This document shows positions 14,832-28,327 of a stretch of 64,000 nucleotides of DNA, piece after piece (the stretch's first letter is position 1; each line of letters starts with the position of its first letter). The DNA comes from Octopus bimaculoides (taxonomy: Eukaryota). The stretch is from contig NC_068990.1 in assembly GCF_001194135.2 (NCBI RefSeq), forward strand, positions 4,502,559 to 4,566,558. The letters run 5' to 3'. The position numbers and the translations under genes were made by a program. The notes below the pieces were generated by a model, which saw only the letters and a program-made list of their open reading frames with translations, made no database searches and was not told the origin of the DNA.

Positions 14832-14996
14832 CAATCATAATGAGTAGGAGAAAAGTCAGCATCTGGTATTGTGGTAGATTATAATAATTAAATTTAGTTG
14901 ACTTGTGCCAAGAGTTTCTCTCTCTCACACACACTCTCTCTCTCTCTCTTTCTCATATGTATTCAGGTATACATATATACATTTAATACATATAAT

Positions 14997-15033
<37 letters not shown>

Positions 15034-15577
15034 ATTAGGAGTCCCAAAAAGTAATGTTACAATCTGTGTAATAAGTTCAAATTAGCATAAAACATATCAT
15101 AGATATATTTATTTACTCATTCAAAATATATTGCTATTGTTAGCAATAAGCTTTCCACCTCAAAACCAGTTTTTTGATTCCTTGGGCAAAAAAGACTATG
15201 TTCTAGTGAAGTAATAATATTTGGAGTACTGTTTTGACATCATTTCTACTTGCATCCGAATGTTTTTTTTTTCCACAGGTAAGGTGTTCAAGTGACCTGT
15301 ATAAGTGGAAATCTAATGTTGAGTGAGGTAGAACTTTCCAGCCTAATGGATTATTTTTTTTCCTTGGATTATCTTCAGTGATTGTGGCCTTACATTATTA
15401 TGAGGTCAGCACTTCCCTTTTCAATATCGATCTGCTTGAGATGATCTTGCACAGTGGACCAAGGTTTATTAAGCCTCCTGTATAAGACCCCAAAACTTTG
15501 ATATGCATTCACTTCAATTGCTGTTTTTACTATGGCATTATGGAGAATAGTTGAGCTTCCTGATTGATACCCATCCT

Positions 15578-16050
15578 ATATGTGGTCTGATCAATAAGTA
15601 TCCGGTCTGTTGCCATAGTAAAGTAGCTAAAGTATGCAGGGTGAAGTTGCATGGCACAGATTGACTGTGAACTCAGCTGTGCATGCACACTGAGTTTTAA
15701 CATTCTAGCTCACTTCCGCTGTTTACAGTAGTGCTTAGAAGGAAGGTGTGTAGTGTGTGATCGTCACATTGACCATGACAGAGAAAGTTCTCATAGTGAT
15801 ACCTGCTCAGAGGCCTATGCAAATTTGCAGAAGAGTAGTGTATGAGCCACACACAAGTGTACGAGTGATTCAGACATTTCCAACATGGCTGAAAAAATGT
15901 TGATATTGAGACGTGCATGCAGCTGTGAGGGGAAATTGCCAAATCACTATCCGTGAGTTATCAGAGGATGTACAGATTAGTTACGGTTTAGTTCAGTCCA
16001 TTATCACTGAAAAGTCGAGTATGAGATGCATGTCTGCCAAGTTTCTGCCA
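15578..16050 (+). mobile_element. Mariner transposon 5' remnant (TIR plus transposase N-terminus)
   Basis: TA followed by TIR-like tatgtggtctgatcaataagtatccgg; MTEKV at 15775; then AAVRGNCQITIRELSEDVQISYGLVQSIITEKSSMRCMSAKFLP (second HTH and degenerate WVP-linker region). Confidence 0.75.
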
Positions 16051-16065
16051 ACTTGCCGCCTTTCG

Positions 16066-16206
16066 TTTCTGTCTACGAAATCCGCTCACAAAGCTTTGTC
16101 GCTCTGAGACTATAGTAGAAGACACTTGTCCAAATTGCCATGCAGTAGAACTGAACCCAGAGCCATGTGGTTGGGAAACAAACTTTTTAACACGCAGCCA
16201 ATGCCT
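16066..16206 (-). mobile_element. tRNA-derived SINE (ggcgcaggagtggctgtgtgg family), 5' part
   Basis: gaagacacttgtccaa..actgaacccagagccatgtggttgggaa; A/B-box-like head on the minus strand. Confidence 0.75.
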
Positions 16207-18163
16207 GTTGTTAAGAGTTATTAATAAGAGATTATCAATCTAAGCAAAATACTTCTCAAGCTCTCAGTTAATACAAACACACCAGGCTAACAAAAAGTTT
16301 TCAGATTGGTGTAGAACTGCAGACAAGATCCAGGGTTGAATTTCATTACTAGTTGACCTTGTAAATCCATGGTTGCATTCACCAGCTATTATGGTATTGT
16401 TCACAAAGTGACATACAAGAAAAGGCATGCATAATGGACTTTACATATTTCTTTATTTGCGCATGTTAGACTTACAACTGTTTCTGATATACGTTGTAGG
16501 TGCATTGAGGGTTCCCTTTACTCAATCAATCAATTGATTGATTGAAAATAATATAGAATGAGTTTAACAAATACTATCGTCTTCACATGATATATATGCA
16601 TGTATACACAGACACAGAGTGGGCTATATTTATACAAATACACACACACACACACACACACACAGTAATTCAAATTATGCACTAGGAATAGGTCTATAAT
16701 GTAAACCTTATCAATACTGTCTACTTAATGTATATGTGTTATTTAAACCACAACTTCTGGTGTTTAAACAACAAAAGCATGTGATATTGATAGGTTACAA
16801 ACATATATTTATGTATGTATAAAATGCATATATATATATATATATATAAGTAATGTGATATACATATACACACACACTCACACAGATATGTACAAATGTG
16901 TATATACTCATATATAGACACCATCTCATCTCATACACATTTTTTCTCATTGATAATTTTATGGCATTAGGATAGCTGGATAGCTGGCACAGCTTAGATA
17001 AATCACTGATATTCAAAATAGAACTGCTTAATTCATTCAGATTGATCAACATGCATGTATTTCAATACAACACCTTTCAGGTTATGTGAGTTTATTGGAA
17101 AAAAACCAAAGATAATTTGATTTACATAAACTGACTATCCTGATAGGGAAGGTATAGAGATTAATAAAATATATGGAATTTAAGAAATTATATCCACCAA
17201 CTATATTACTTTACAAACTGTATATTTCATTTCTAACACTGCCTGTCATCTACTTTGAAGTGCATATATTTAGATGAAAACTTTGTAGTATAATAATCTA
17301 ATTAAAGAAAAAAAGAATTGACAGACCCCTAACACTATAGTCCTTCCTTCAATGATGTCTACTGTGTTACCCTCTCATAACTACAGATTTATTCTACTTA
17401 TTTAATTTCCTCTCCCTCATTGCCCCTTTCTCCCCCCACACTCCCTTTCTCTTGTTTCCTACTTCAGTTATAGGGTGCTACTTTACCTCCGTATTCTCGC
17501 ATGTTGCAAGTTGATCTCACATGGGCTGGTGCTCCCATTACACTCTGTAAATTGGTTGGTATTAGGAATAGTATCCAGACAGAATTCATTGAGGTGGATT
17601 TTCTACAGTCCTTACTGCCATCGAATGTCACTTGTCTCCAAGCAAGGTAATATTTTTTCTTGATTAGACATCTTTCATGGAAGGCAGTGTGATAACACTA
17701 CAACACTACTTTAAAGAACGTAAAGATGGACAAAATACTGCTAAGCATTTTGCCTGCTGTGCTAACGATTCTGCCAACTTGTCACCTTAAATTACTTGTA
17801 TGATATTGACATGATTTCCAAGATGAGAAAATACAAACACATACACCCGCAACATACACACACACAAAATGGATTTAACTTAGTTTCTATGTAACAAGCT
17901 CACTCACAAAGATTTAGCCTAAATCTATAAGGGAAGGCAGTCACCCAAAGTACTACATAATAGGAGTGAACTCAAAATCATGTGAGTGAAAAACCAGCTT
18001 CTTAACCAAATAGCCATACCTGCACTTATATGTATATGAAACACAAAAACTACTTAAATTTAGCTGATTATGATTTGATTTTAGAATTGATTTAGAAAAA
18101 GCCAAATTCCTTTCTCAAGTATGTTTATATATATATATACATTCATACATCTTTCATCTTCGG

Positions 18164-18669
18164 TCTTTTATCTTTTACCTGTTTCAGTCAGCAGATTGCA
18201 GGCATGCTTGGGTACCACTTTGAAATACTTTTTTTAGTTGGATGTATTGACCCCAGTACTTATGTATAAGACTGGTACTTATTTGATTGGTTTCTTTTGC
18301 TGAACCGCTAAGTTATGAGGAACTAAGCACACCAACACCAGTTGTCAAGGAAATGTGGAGTAGATAAAACAGTGGACAACTGATGAAGGGATTGTCCTTT
18401 ATGTTGCCTGTCTTGTTTTTCTATTTGTTTCTTTTGTTGTTCGCGAAAAAAGTTTGTTTTCTGTGTTTTCGTATTTCATGTTCTTGTTTTTCATGTTGTT
18501 TACATTTTTTCACGTCCTGTACCCATATATGCTTGTGTATATACATATATATGTAAGTATGTACATACGCATATATATGTAAGTATGTACATACGCATAT
18601 ATATATATTATTTATATTATCATATGATCGAACACCACGCATCCATTTCCAAGTAAGTTTTACATAAAT

Positions 18670-18704
<35 letters not shown>

Positions 18705-18846
18705 CCATGGTCTTCTTTCAGTTTCACTCACAAGGCTTTTGTCGACCTGGGGCTATAGCAGAAGACACTTGCCCAAGGTGCCATGCAGTAGGACTGAACC
18801 CAGAACCTTGTGGTTGGGAAGCAAGCTTCTTACCACACAACCACTA
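18164..18846 (-). mobile_element. tRNA-derived SINE split by an insertion at its internal microsatellite
   Basis: 3' half at 18164-18350 and 5' half at 18710-18846, compared with intact copies at 30275-30676 and 47322-47713. Confidence 0.75.
18373..18528 (-). repeat. Partial copy of a TA-microsatellite-resident repeat (family of 28328-28700)
   Basis: Reverse complement is homologous to about 28328-28455; shares terminus atatgggtacagg. Confidence 0.7.
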
Positions 18847-19703
18847 TATGCATACATACATGAACACTTGGATGAAAATATCTATCTATCTATCTATCTA
18901 TATACATACACACAAAAATAAACACACATACATATTTTACATCCACATATATGTAATGAATATATATAAATATATTTTTTTAAAGTTATTTTGCTTTAAT
19001 TTATATAATTTGAATCAATATAACCAAATATATTAAAAAGGTTTTAGTAGATTTCTGTTTATCAGACCATGTAATATGAGGTATTAATTATGCCAAACTT
19101 ATATATATATATTAAACATTTTCAATCAACAGTACACTACAAATATTCTTACATGTAATACTAAATAGCATAGGAGAGATGTTATTTAACTAAATTAATA
19201 AATGTCTGACAAACCAGCTAACACAAGTGGTGTTTATATTAATTTTTCACAATCTCTTGCTACATCATTGAATAGATATGCATCCATGCTTATATAGATA
19301 TTTACCAGTAACAATATAATTGCATAACACATACTCACATACATACATGAATACATACACACACATGTATGTAAACACACACACACACACACACACACGC
19401 ACAAGTCTGGTTTGCAAGATTCTTTATATGAATTCATGTGTTGAAATAAATTTTGTTGTGTATGGGGAAAGTCATACTGCCTTGATATCTAACACACTCA
19501 CTGGTTCAATTTCCACTCATTTATTATATTTTATTTTGTGTGTCTTCCCCAAAATAATGAGCAGAATTTGAACTGATGTGTTAGATATTAAAGACAGTAT
19601 AACTCATTCAGACATAATGAAATATACATATGTATATGCGCATGCATGTGTGTGAGTATGTGTATGTGTGTATATGTATACATATATAATTATGTGTGTG
19701 TGA

Positions 19704-19750
<47 letters not shown>

Positions 19751-20699
19751 TACATATACATCTGTTTTGCACATAAACTTCTCTCTCACTAACCTCTCCT
19801 GTAAATTTATACTTTTAATATAAAAGAAATCTTATTTAAAAGAAGCCACTGTAGGATGGAAATATAAAATGCATATTCTTCTCAGTCCCTGATGCCCCCC
19901 CCCCCATTTCACCATGTTTACAGAGATGATCTATGCATTTTGCTCCCCTAACCTCTTAGAAGCTCCAGCCACTATGTCATCATAGAGTGAAAATCACCTT
20001 TAGAAGTCTTGACCACCCTTCTCGTGTCCATTACAATTGTACCTCCGTCCCCTATTAGGGTTTGCTCAATATAGGCCCCTATACACATGTTTATGTTAAT
20101 GTTCTGATGCTGATGCTGACATCACCTCACATGAGATGAATTTACTGCACAGGCAAATAGGACTGTGATGTTTAATAATAACAATACTAATACTACTAAT
20201 AATTGTTTCTAACACAAAGATATAAAAAGTGTTTCAAATTTTGAATAATCTTTCTAAAATAATAATGATAATTGGTTCTTGCATTTGTTTTGCAAGATTC
20301 CTGATGTGAAATTGTGCATTGAAACAAATATCGTTACATTTGAGGATGGCCATATTTTTGCCAATTAACCACACACACTATTTACTTGGTTTTCACTTCA
20401 GCTCTATTATTAATTATTATTACTAATAATAAATACTAATAATAAAGCCCAAGTGAAAACCAAATGCATGTCGTCGTTAATTGGCAAAATATGACCATCC
20501 CCAAATACAATGATAATTGGTTCATTATGAATTTATTGGGAAGTGAAGAGCAACAGCAGATTAACTAAAAATAGCATCTATCAATGCATGAGTGCTTCCA
20601 AGCAATTGTATGAACTCTTTTATTTTATGTGATGTGTAGAAGACAGTCAGAAACTAGGGGATCCATCTTCAGAATACACCTCCCTCTATCTGTCAGGTT

Positions 20700-22291
20700 A
20701 TCGATGTTAGAACAGCTTCCATTAATATCAGTACAATGAAAAGTTGGGCCAATAAGTTTGCCCAGAAGCTGGAACATAGGTAAGGAGATGTTTTGCATGT
20801 AAGATGCAAAATGGAAAGGAGCCTCTGCCAGACAACTCACTGACAAGGAACAGTGATAGATACCAGTGATGGAGTAAATGGAACAGGCATGTTATTAACA
20901 AAGACATAGATAGATAAGTAACTGAAGCTGATAGGGAGTAATGAAATAATATAACTAGTTGTCAAGAACGCAACAGCTATATTTATCTCTGTTATGTCTG
21001 GCAGATAAAGAGAAAGACAACTTTTATGAGACTCTTTGACAGACCTTCTCCCTAATGACTAATAGCGACTTTATGTTTGTAGTTGACTTTAATAGACATA
21101 ATGGAAACATTATGAGGGCTTTACTGGCATTTACGGATGCCTACAACTATGGTATATGAAAGAAGGAAGGATAAATTCTCCTGAAGTACTGAGATTCAAA
21201 TGATCTAACCATCTACAACACCAGCTTCAAGAAACTGGCTAACCAACTTATCACCTACTGATTGTGTTTGGGTGAACACGAAAGATAGATAGATTACATT
21301 CTCACTAGAAAAAGAGACAAACAAACTCTATCCCTAGTGAAGAGAATATACTACCCGAGATAAAATAATGGTCAGTGATTTCTGAGTAATTGCCAGGTAG
21401 AAACAAACACATAAGACAATCTAGAGGAGGAAATGGAAATTGAAAGAGCAAACAACTAGCAACAGGTTTAAAGACAATTAACTGATGCATATGACATAAC
21501 AGAAAAGGAGATAGCAATAACTATGTAGAGGGCAACGGGGAATTTGTATAGGATAACCTACTGAGGGAATTAGACCTAACCTGTGGTTGGGGCATGGTTT
21601 CCGCTGAACAAAGTGCAACATGGTGGTGGACTAGCTCAGTGGGTGTAACCATAACAGCTTCAAAAAGAGAAGTGAGATATCAGGTATATCCAGCAAAAAG
21701 AGATGGCCAGAGTAGGAAGTTTGTCAATGTTCTAAGATGTAAAGAGCAGAAGCATGGGACATCTTGGATTGCTAAGCTGTGTGTAAGAGAAAAATGAAGA
21801 TGTTGCTTGGGGAAGTTGTAAGATGATGGCATTTTTGCTCTTACAGACAATGAAGAGAAAGAGGCATAGAAGTGCTATTATGAGAAACTGTTAAGTTAGG
21901 AGAATACATGAAAGAAAGAGTCTATTTCCAGTAGACTTAACAGAGGGATCAGCCACAACAGCAGTGAGGTAGATAGAGCGATTAAGGCTATGAAGGTAAG
22001 GAAGGGACCTGGTCCGTTAAGAGTCACAGCTGCAATGTTTGAAATATCTGGTAGAGTGGTAGTACAGAAAGGTGTCACAGCCAATGATTGGCAAAGCAAC
22101 ATTGTCATCAACTGCTACTAAAGCAAAAGTGACATGTTAGAGAGAGTAAACCAGATTATGAAGGTAACAGAAACAGTTATAGCAAAATTAATTAGAAGGA
22201 AAGAAGCAAGTGAGAACTGATGAGAGGTAAGAAAATATGCTTCAGTGAATTTTGGCTGATTCATGCAAGCATTGAAAAAGTAGACATTAAA

Positions 22292-22337
<46 letters not shown>
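20700..22337 (+). mobile_element. RTE LINE remnant: APE endonuclease, part of RT and 3' tail, with internal deletions
   Basis: Degenerate motifs resembling TLNVGTMKGRS, VDVCCxQExRWKGASAR, DxFYETL, GxHGGYxxGxRNEEG and KGPGPxxVTAxM; ends gtagacattaaaat(gat)n. Confidence 0.75.
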
Positions 22338-22338
<1 letters not shown>

Positions 22339-23603
22339 ATATATATATATGGGGAAGAATTGGTATGATATTTCTCAAATATTGGTAGTGCTAATTCCAA
22401 ATCATTTTAATTTTCTAGAAAATGTACACATAAATAAACTAGTGTGGCCTTTGCTTGCTTTCAACAACATCTATGTTTTGTATGTTATTTGATAAATGAA
22501 TTGCTGTTTATTGTTTTATTTGTTTAGAGGAAAAAAAACAAAGAACTTTGACAGTATTTAATTAAAATATATTTGTCTATCTTTTTCATAAACTCTCAAC
22601 AACACTTATATATAATGCTTCCAGTCTTCTTGGTTCTGAAAATAAACGCACTCATGCACAAACAGATGACTACTGACATAAGCATAGTTTTTTTACATCT
22701 TATCTGTGTTTGTAAAGAGTTTAATAACATTTATACATTCACAAATTTGGATATGAATTTTTGGAAAAATTCAGCTTACTGCTGATGTAAATCCTTTTAT
22801 AAGCATATACCTTCCCTATCACCATCAAACAACAAGTTATCAGTTAAGTAAAAGAAAAAAGACCAATATACATTAACAATTGCGTAAGCAATTGTACCTA
22901 ACTAGATGCAAACCACAGCTGTAACTGGCTTAATTTTTTTGCTGTGGAAATATATAATAGGTTGGAGTGTGAGGAATCTGGAAATGGTTTGCATAATCAA
23001 AAACTGTATAGTGAAATTTGTGAGTCTGGATACCATGCCATGGAGAAGATAATAATGTTTCTAGTGTCAGAAAGAGAGAAAAAAAGCAGCTCCTTTTCTC
23101 TTAGGTAAGCAAATTTAACACACAACACTAAAACTTTAATTTGAGACATACCATGATACATCAAGATAATGTATGAGAATAGCAAATAATCAAATTAGAT
23201 GATGCAGCAAATTTAGTTATGAGCATACAACTTTGTTAGGCAGAAACTTATACTGGTTTCTGTGGCATTTAAGTAAATGAGAGTACTATATTCTCCTGTC
23301 TTCATGAATGGGCCACTAGTCCATTGCAGAGTTAATCTACAGCTGCTATTGGTACCCAGGTTTCAGTAAGTGGGTTGAAGCAATGTGAAATACAGTGCTT
23401 TGCTTAAGGACAAAATACACTACCCATTCAAGGAACTTAATACATGAATTACCATGACGTAACACCTTAACCATTAGCCATGAAATGTGAAAAGTAAAGA
23501 CAGATCTGGTGATTTAAGTTCTAACTAAATACTTCAAAGCATCTTGTCCAAAGTTCTACTGATTCTACTAATGTAACATATATACATGTATGTGTATAAA
23601 AGT

Positions 23604-23934
23604 GTAAAGACCCCCTTTGGTTGTGAATGACCATGAGATTGCACCTAGAATGTTACTCCTCAAGGCACAAGTCCAGGCAAGGTTGTTTATGGAAGACCAG
23701 CAGTTTCCCATGCAAACCGGCCTCCCCTCTCCATACCACCAATGTTATCCAAGGGAAAGGCAAAGACTGATATAGCTTGGTACCAGTGACATTGCAACTC
23801 ATTTCTACATCTAAGTGAACTAGAGAAACATGAAATAAAGTGTCTTGCTCAAGAACACAACACACAGCCTAGTCTGGGAATCAAACTCACTACCACATGA
23901 TTGTAAGCCCAATGCTCTAACCACTGAGCCATGT
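23604..23934 (-). mobile_element. tRNA-headed SINE with Meta/V-like central domain, near full length
   Basis: Minus strand: TGGCTCAGTGG (A box), GAGTTTGATTCC (B box), then gttgtgttcttgagcaagacactttatttca; related degenerate copies at about 54860-55090, 56810-56970 and 59800-60065. Confidence 0.75.
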
Positions 23935-24511
23935 GATTTTTATACACACGCACACACACAGACACACACACACAGATAATATATATATAAACAAGATACA
24001 CGAAAACAAAATTGCTTCATTTACTCAGTCAAAAGGGAGTAGTCTAAAAATATCACTTTCCACATCTTCTGAAGTCACTTAGCCTTTGTGCACTTTGAAG
24101 AAGTAAACAGTTTTAACACTGTCTTAGCACTATTTTATGATGGTTGAAGTAAACTTAACAAAAATGCTACATTTTTGTTTGTTTTTATCACCAAAGGAAA
24201 AATAAGAACAATGACAATAAAAGTTATGCCCTGAGTTATAATAACTAACTCAGACAACTATAGTTTATGTAAAACTGTTAGACTATATTTCAAATGAAAT
24301 TTTAGTAAATTTATAGGTTTATCAAATGGGAGTTGAGTCTCTTTCACCTTTCTAATAGTTTACAGTATGATAAGGAATGTCACTGGAATTATTGGGCTGA
24401 GGAAAATATAATTATTTAATAAAGAGTGCGATAAATTCCATTTGATTATTTAGAATTTTACATCACTTTGAAAGTTTCAGCTACAAAACATATAAAATAA
24501 ATGTGACTTAC

Positions 24512-24592
24512 CTGGAAATGTGGCTTAGCCATGATCTCTCGTAATTCGTCCACATGGAGTTTGTGTTTGTGCTTGCGAAGTGTATTGTATAC
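24512..24592 (-). CDS. Internal coding exon (81 nt, phase 0-0) of a p55/MPP-type MAGUK scaffold gene (MPP2/6/7, PALS1 or CASK family); L27 domain segment
   Basis: Minus strand reads ttgttattacttttgcag|GTATAC...TTCCAG|gtaagt, a strong acceptor and a consensus donor around an open 27-codon frame VYNTLRKHKHKLHVDELREIMAKPHFQ. EL..I..KPHFQ matches the L27 motif of MPP6 (ELVGILKEPHFQ) and CASK (ELKRILTQPHFM) as I recall them. The paralog cannot be assigned from one exon. Confidence 0.8.
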
Positions 24593-24739
24593 CTGCAAAA
24601 GTAATAACAAAATATTTAAAGTGGTCAACAAGGAAAGGCATGAATTTCTGAAAATGAATAAAAATATGGCACAGGGGAAACAGCGGAATAGAATTTGGAA
24701 CAGAATTCTAAGTAATCAGAAATGGGAGCAGAGGAATTG

Positions 24740-24804
<65 letters not shown>

Positions 24805-24885
24805 CATACACATATATATAGACATACGTATATATATATGCATTCTTCATATTGTCTATCATCATCATCATCATTGTTATTATTA

Positions 24886-25198
24886 AGACAGCAAGCTGGC
24901 AGAATCATTAGCATGCTGGGAAAATTGCTTAGTGGTCAACTTTGCCTTTCATCCTTTTGGGGTTGATAAAATAGGTACCAGTTGAGTACTGGGGGCTGAT
25001 GTAATCGACTTACCCCTCCACTGAAATTGCTGGCCTTGTTTCAAAATTTGAAATCATCATCATCATCATTATTACTATTATTATTATTAAAAGGCTGCGA
25101 GCTGGCAGAATCGTTAAATAAGAACCAGTTATGCACTGGGGTTGATGTAATCAACTTAATTCCCTACCACAAGCTGCCCTCATGGCAAAAATTTGAAA

Positions 25199-25200
<2 letters not shown>
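24886..25200 (+). mobile_element. Two tandem, internally deleted copies of the aaggcggcgagctggcagaa SINE with (ATC/ATT)n tails
   Basis: gcaagctggcagaatcattagc... at about 24890 and aaggctgcgagctggcagaatcg at about 25090, each ending aaaatttgaaatcat plus a triplet tail. Confidence 0.75.
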
Positions 25201-25229
<29 letters not shown>

Positions 25230-26333
25230 CATTATTATTATTATTATTATTATTACGTTTTGCCTTTTCTTTAATTTATACAAGCAACATCTAAGTCTCA
25301 ACCAGAAACGTAAAGGGACAATAAGATTTTGCATCTAAAGATGCTAAAAGGTATGTAATAAAAAAAAAAGATATCTGAGTGTAAAAAAAAACAAAACCCC
25401 CAAAATATCATCACAGTTATTCTTATTGACTGAGGAGAGTTGGTAGTTGTTATCTCTACTTTCTGATTTGAAATAAACCACACTGGTATTTATTGCTTTC
25501 ATCACTTCTAGATTGGTTATTTTCTATAAAATACTAGGATTAATTAATCTGACTACATTCTTTCTTATAAGTTAGCTTTGCTTTTGGCACAGCAAATTAT
25601 TATTGTTGTTGTTAATCTAGTTGTCACATAACCAACTACTTCTTAAGTAAACAGGTTTCTTTTCCTGGTTTTGCATTCTGATCAAGCAGTACAGTTGTTT
25701 AAGGCATTTTTATTTATGGTTGTCTTAGAAAAGATAGTATTATATAATTGTAGAACTAAAGTTACATTAAAGTCACCAAATAAGAAATGTCAAATGACAT
25801 ACACCAGATACTTTTTGGCCTGTTGCAAATGTATAGATAACATTTGGGTGCTGAAGGCTTGTGTAGTATACTTTTTCTTTAATCTTCTATTAGCTTTCAA
25901 TACTTGCAAGATTCCACATGTCAAATGATAAAATAAAATGTGACAAAACTCTGGGAAAAAAATACAAAAATATCCTCAAAGCATTCGGTGAAAGTAGATA
26001 GTTACTAATTTCAGTTTGAATGAAATAGTTATTATATCTAGATGTTATTTCCCATCTTGGTTTCTTTCTATCCAATTGGTGTAGTTATTCTTTCTTCTAT
26101 CTAATAATGGTTTGGCTTCCTGTCAGTTTCTCTCCCAAATTGTGATTTGCTTGAATTTACTTGTCAATTTGAATATCCTGTTTCCTTGTAGATAGAATCC
26201 TTAGATTCTAACAAGAATGCACACACACACACACACACGTGCACACAGAGTATATTAATGATTAAGTGTCAATTATTGCCATTAATTTATTTACAATTGA
26301 AACTATGAAAAGAGAATTTTTGTTCTTTTAAAT

Positions 26334-27600
26334 CAGTGGTTCCCAAAGTGGGTGGTACTGCCACTTTGGGGACAGTGGAAAGACCCAGGGGCGTGTTGAA
26401 GAAAAGTGGAACAATAATGGGGTGGCTTAATTCAAGAACATTAAAAAAAATGTATTTTAACATTAATATTTGATATTATATTGTCTGTAAGCAAAGGAAA
26501 CTGTTAATAACTATTTGATATGGACCCTAAGATCTGTTGTGAAGGGTAGATGAAAAATTTATTATCAGAAGTACGATTGAGAATTGTCTAACAGTATAAG
26601 CTGAAATGGATTCTTAGCCATTGCTGCTGAAGCTAGATGCTTTGTAACTACAGCTCATCATGCTGAGAGTATTGTCAATGAAATTGGTATCTATTCTAAC
26701 TATCCTTGATCAGGACAGTGAGAAAATTACTGAAAGGATGGACCAATTCAAGCAAATTAGCTAGTTAAGAAAATCTTTATAAGAGATGAATGCAATAACT
26801 ATACTGAGAAGTAACGTTTATTGCCACTTAAACATGGCTGTTCCATAGGAACTGACGCTACTGCTATTTTTAACCTCAGGAGGACGCCTCCTCTGGCTGG
26901 TTATTTGATGCAATCTGCACCTGATATGGACCAATTCATTCACTGTTTATATTTTGAATGATATTTGGCAATCACAAGCATATGGCTGCCACAACCTAGC
27001 ATGTCAGCTAAAGTAGTCTAGGTTTGTAGGCTGTGTTGCATGGAAAAAATAGTACAAGTCTCAGAAAAATCAACATGCATGCATTCAATTTTCTCAGGAG
27101 CATAAGGACTAGATAGTTTGTCAAAAATCTTGTGGAATGAGTAGCAATTAAATTTGTTTGGCTCTGACAGATATCTGATGACAATGGTATGGTTGTTTTT
27201 TTTTCCTTAAAATGTAAGTGGTGCCATTTCACTTTAAAACAAGAGTACAGAGATGATTTTGTGTTTACTTTTCACCATAAACTTAAGAATGATAGGAGCA
27301 ATATCCTGGTTTGGGTTTGCTAATCTTCTGTAAGTCACAAGAATTTGGATCAGTTATGGACTTTTCAGCATACTAAAGGAATGATGAAGGTAGTCATCAA
27401 AAGCAAGAAAATCTGAGTGATGCAATGGCCTGCACAATCCTTGAATTTTAATCCAATATGGAAATAGATCAGCACGAATATTTAGTAAAATAAATCTGGT
27501 AAGCTGAGTGAATTGTATGATTATACGTGTAGTTAAAAAATGGTAAGAAATTCCAGATTATGTGATCATCAAACATAGATGCAATGCTTTCTGGATGTGG
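26334..27600 (+). mobile_element. hAT (Charlie-like) DNA transposon remnant
   Basis: Starts CAGTGGTTCCCAAAGTGGG (Charlie-type TIR); downstream degenerate segments resemble ZBED5/GTF2IRD2-type transposase motifs; no intact ORF. Confidence 0.5.
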
Positions 27601-28190
27601 TCCTGTTATGAGAAATATCAAATACCTGACTGAGAACTAGTGTCATGATTTTACTATTCTTGATCTTTAATGAACACTTCTCATCTTTATGAAAAAAATA
27701 ATGAATTTTAATGTTTTAAATAATGTGATTTTCATTTTCATGCTTCATTGATACTGTCAATAATTGCATTAGGTTGTTTTAAAATTCTAGTGTTTAAAAA
27801 TATATCAATTAAAAGAGTCAAAATTTCTCTTTCTATCCATATATAGCATGAATTATAAGTGATATAATACCTGAAATAATGGTTAATTTTTAGTTCACTT
27901 TTAGTCTTTGATCTTATTGACTCCAGTATTATATATATGTTTATATATATAAACTTATTTGGAAAAGGATGCATGGCATTCAATCATATAATAATATAAA
28001 TAAAGAGTGTATATACATATGCATATATACATACATATGTGTATGTACATATATGTACATACATACATACATATATATGTATAAATACATACAGTGTATA
28101 TAGTCTATTGACTAGTTTTTTTCTTCTCACTAGATCACAGGTAGCAAAAAGAATTTCTAAATTTTTTTGCTACCCTGAAATTTATTAATA

Positions 28191-28265
<75 letters not shown>

Positions 28266-28275
28266 NNNNNNNNNN

Positions 28276-28326
<51 letters not shown>

Positions 28327-28327
28327 T

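Noticed and set aside
18379-18400. CUGAUGA plus hairpin as a complete ribozyme
   Set aside because: No GAAA follows stem II; kept only as a partial motif.
23860-23934. tRNA gene
   Set aside because: A and B boxes are present, but this is the head of a SINE with no acceptor-stem closure.
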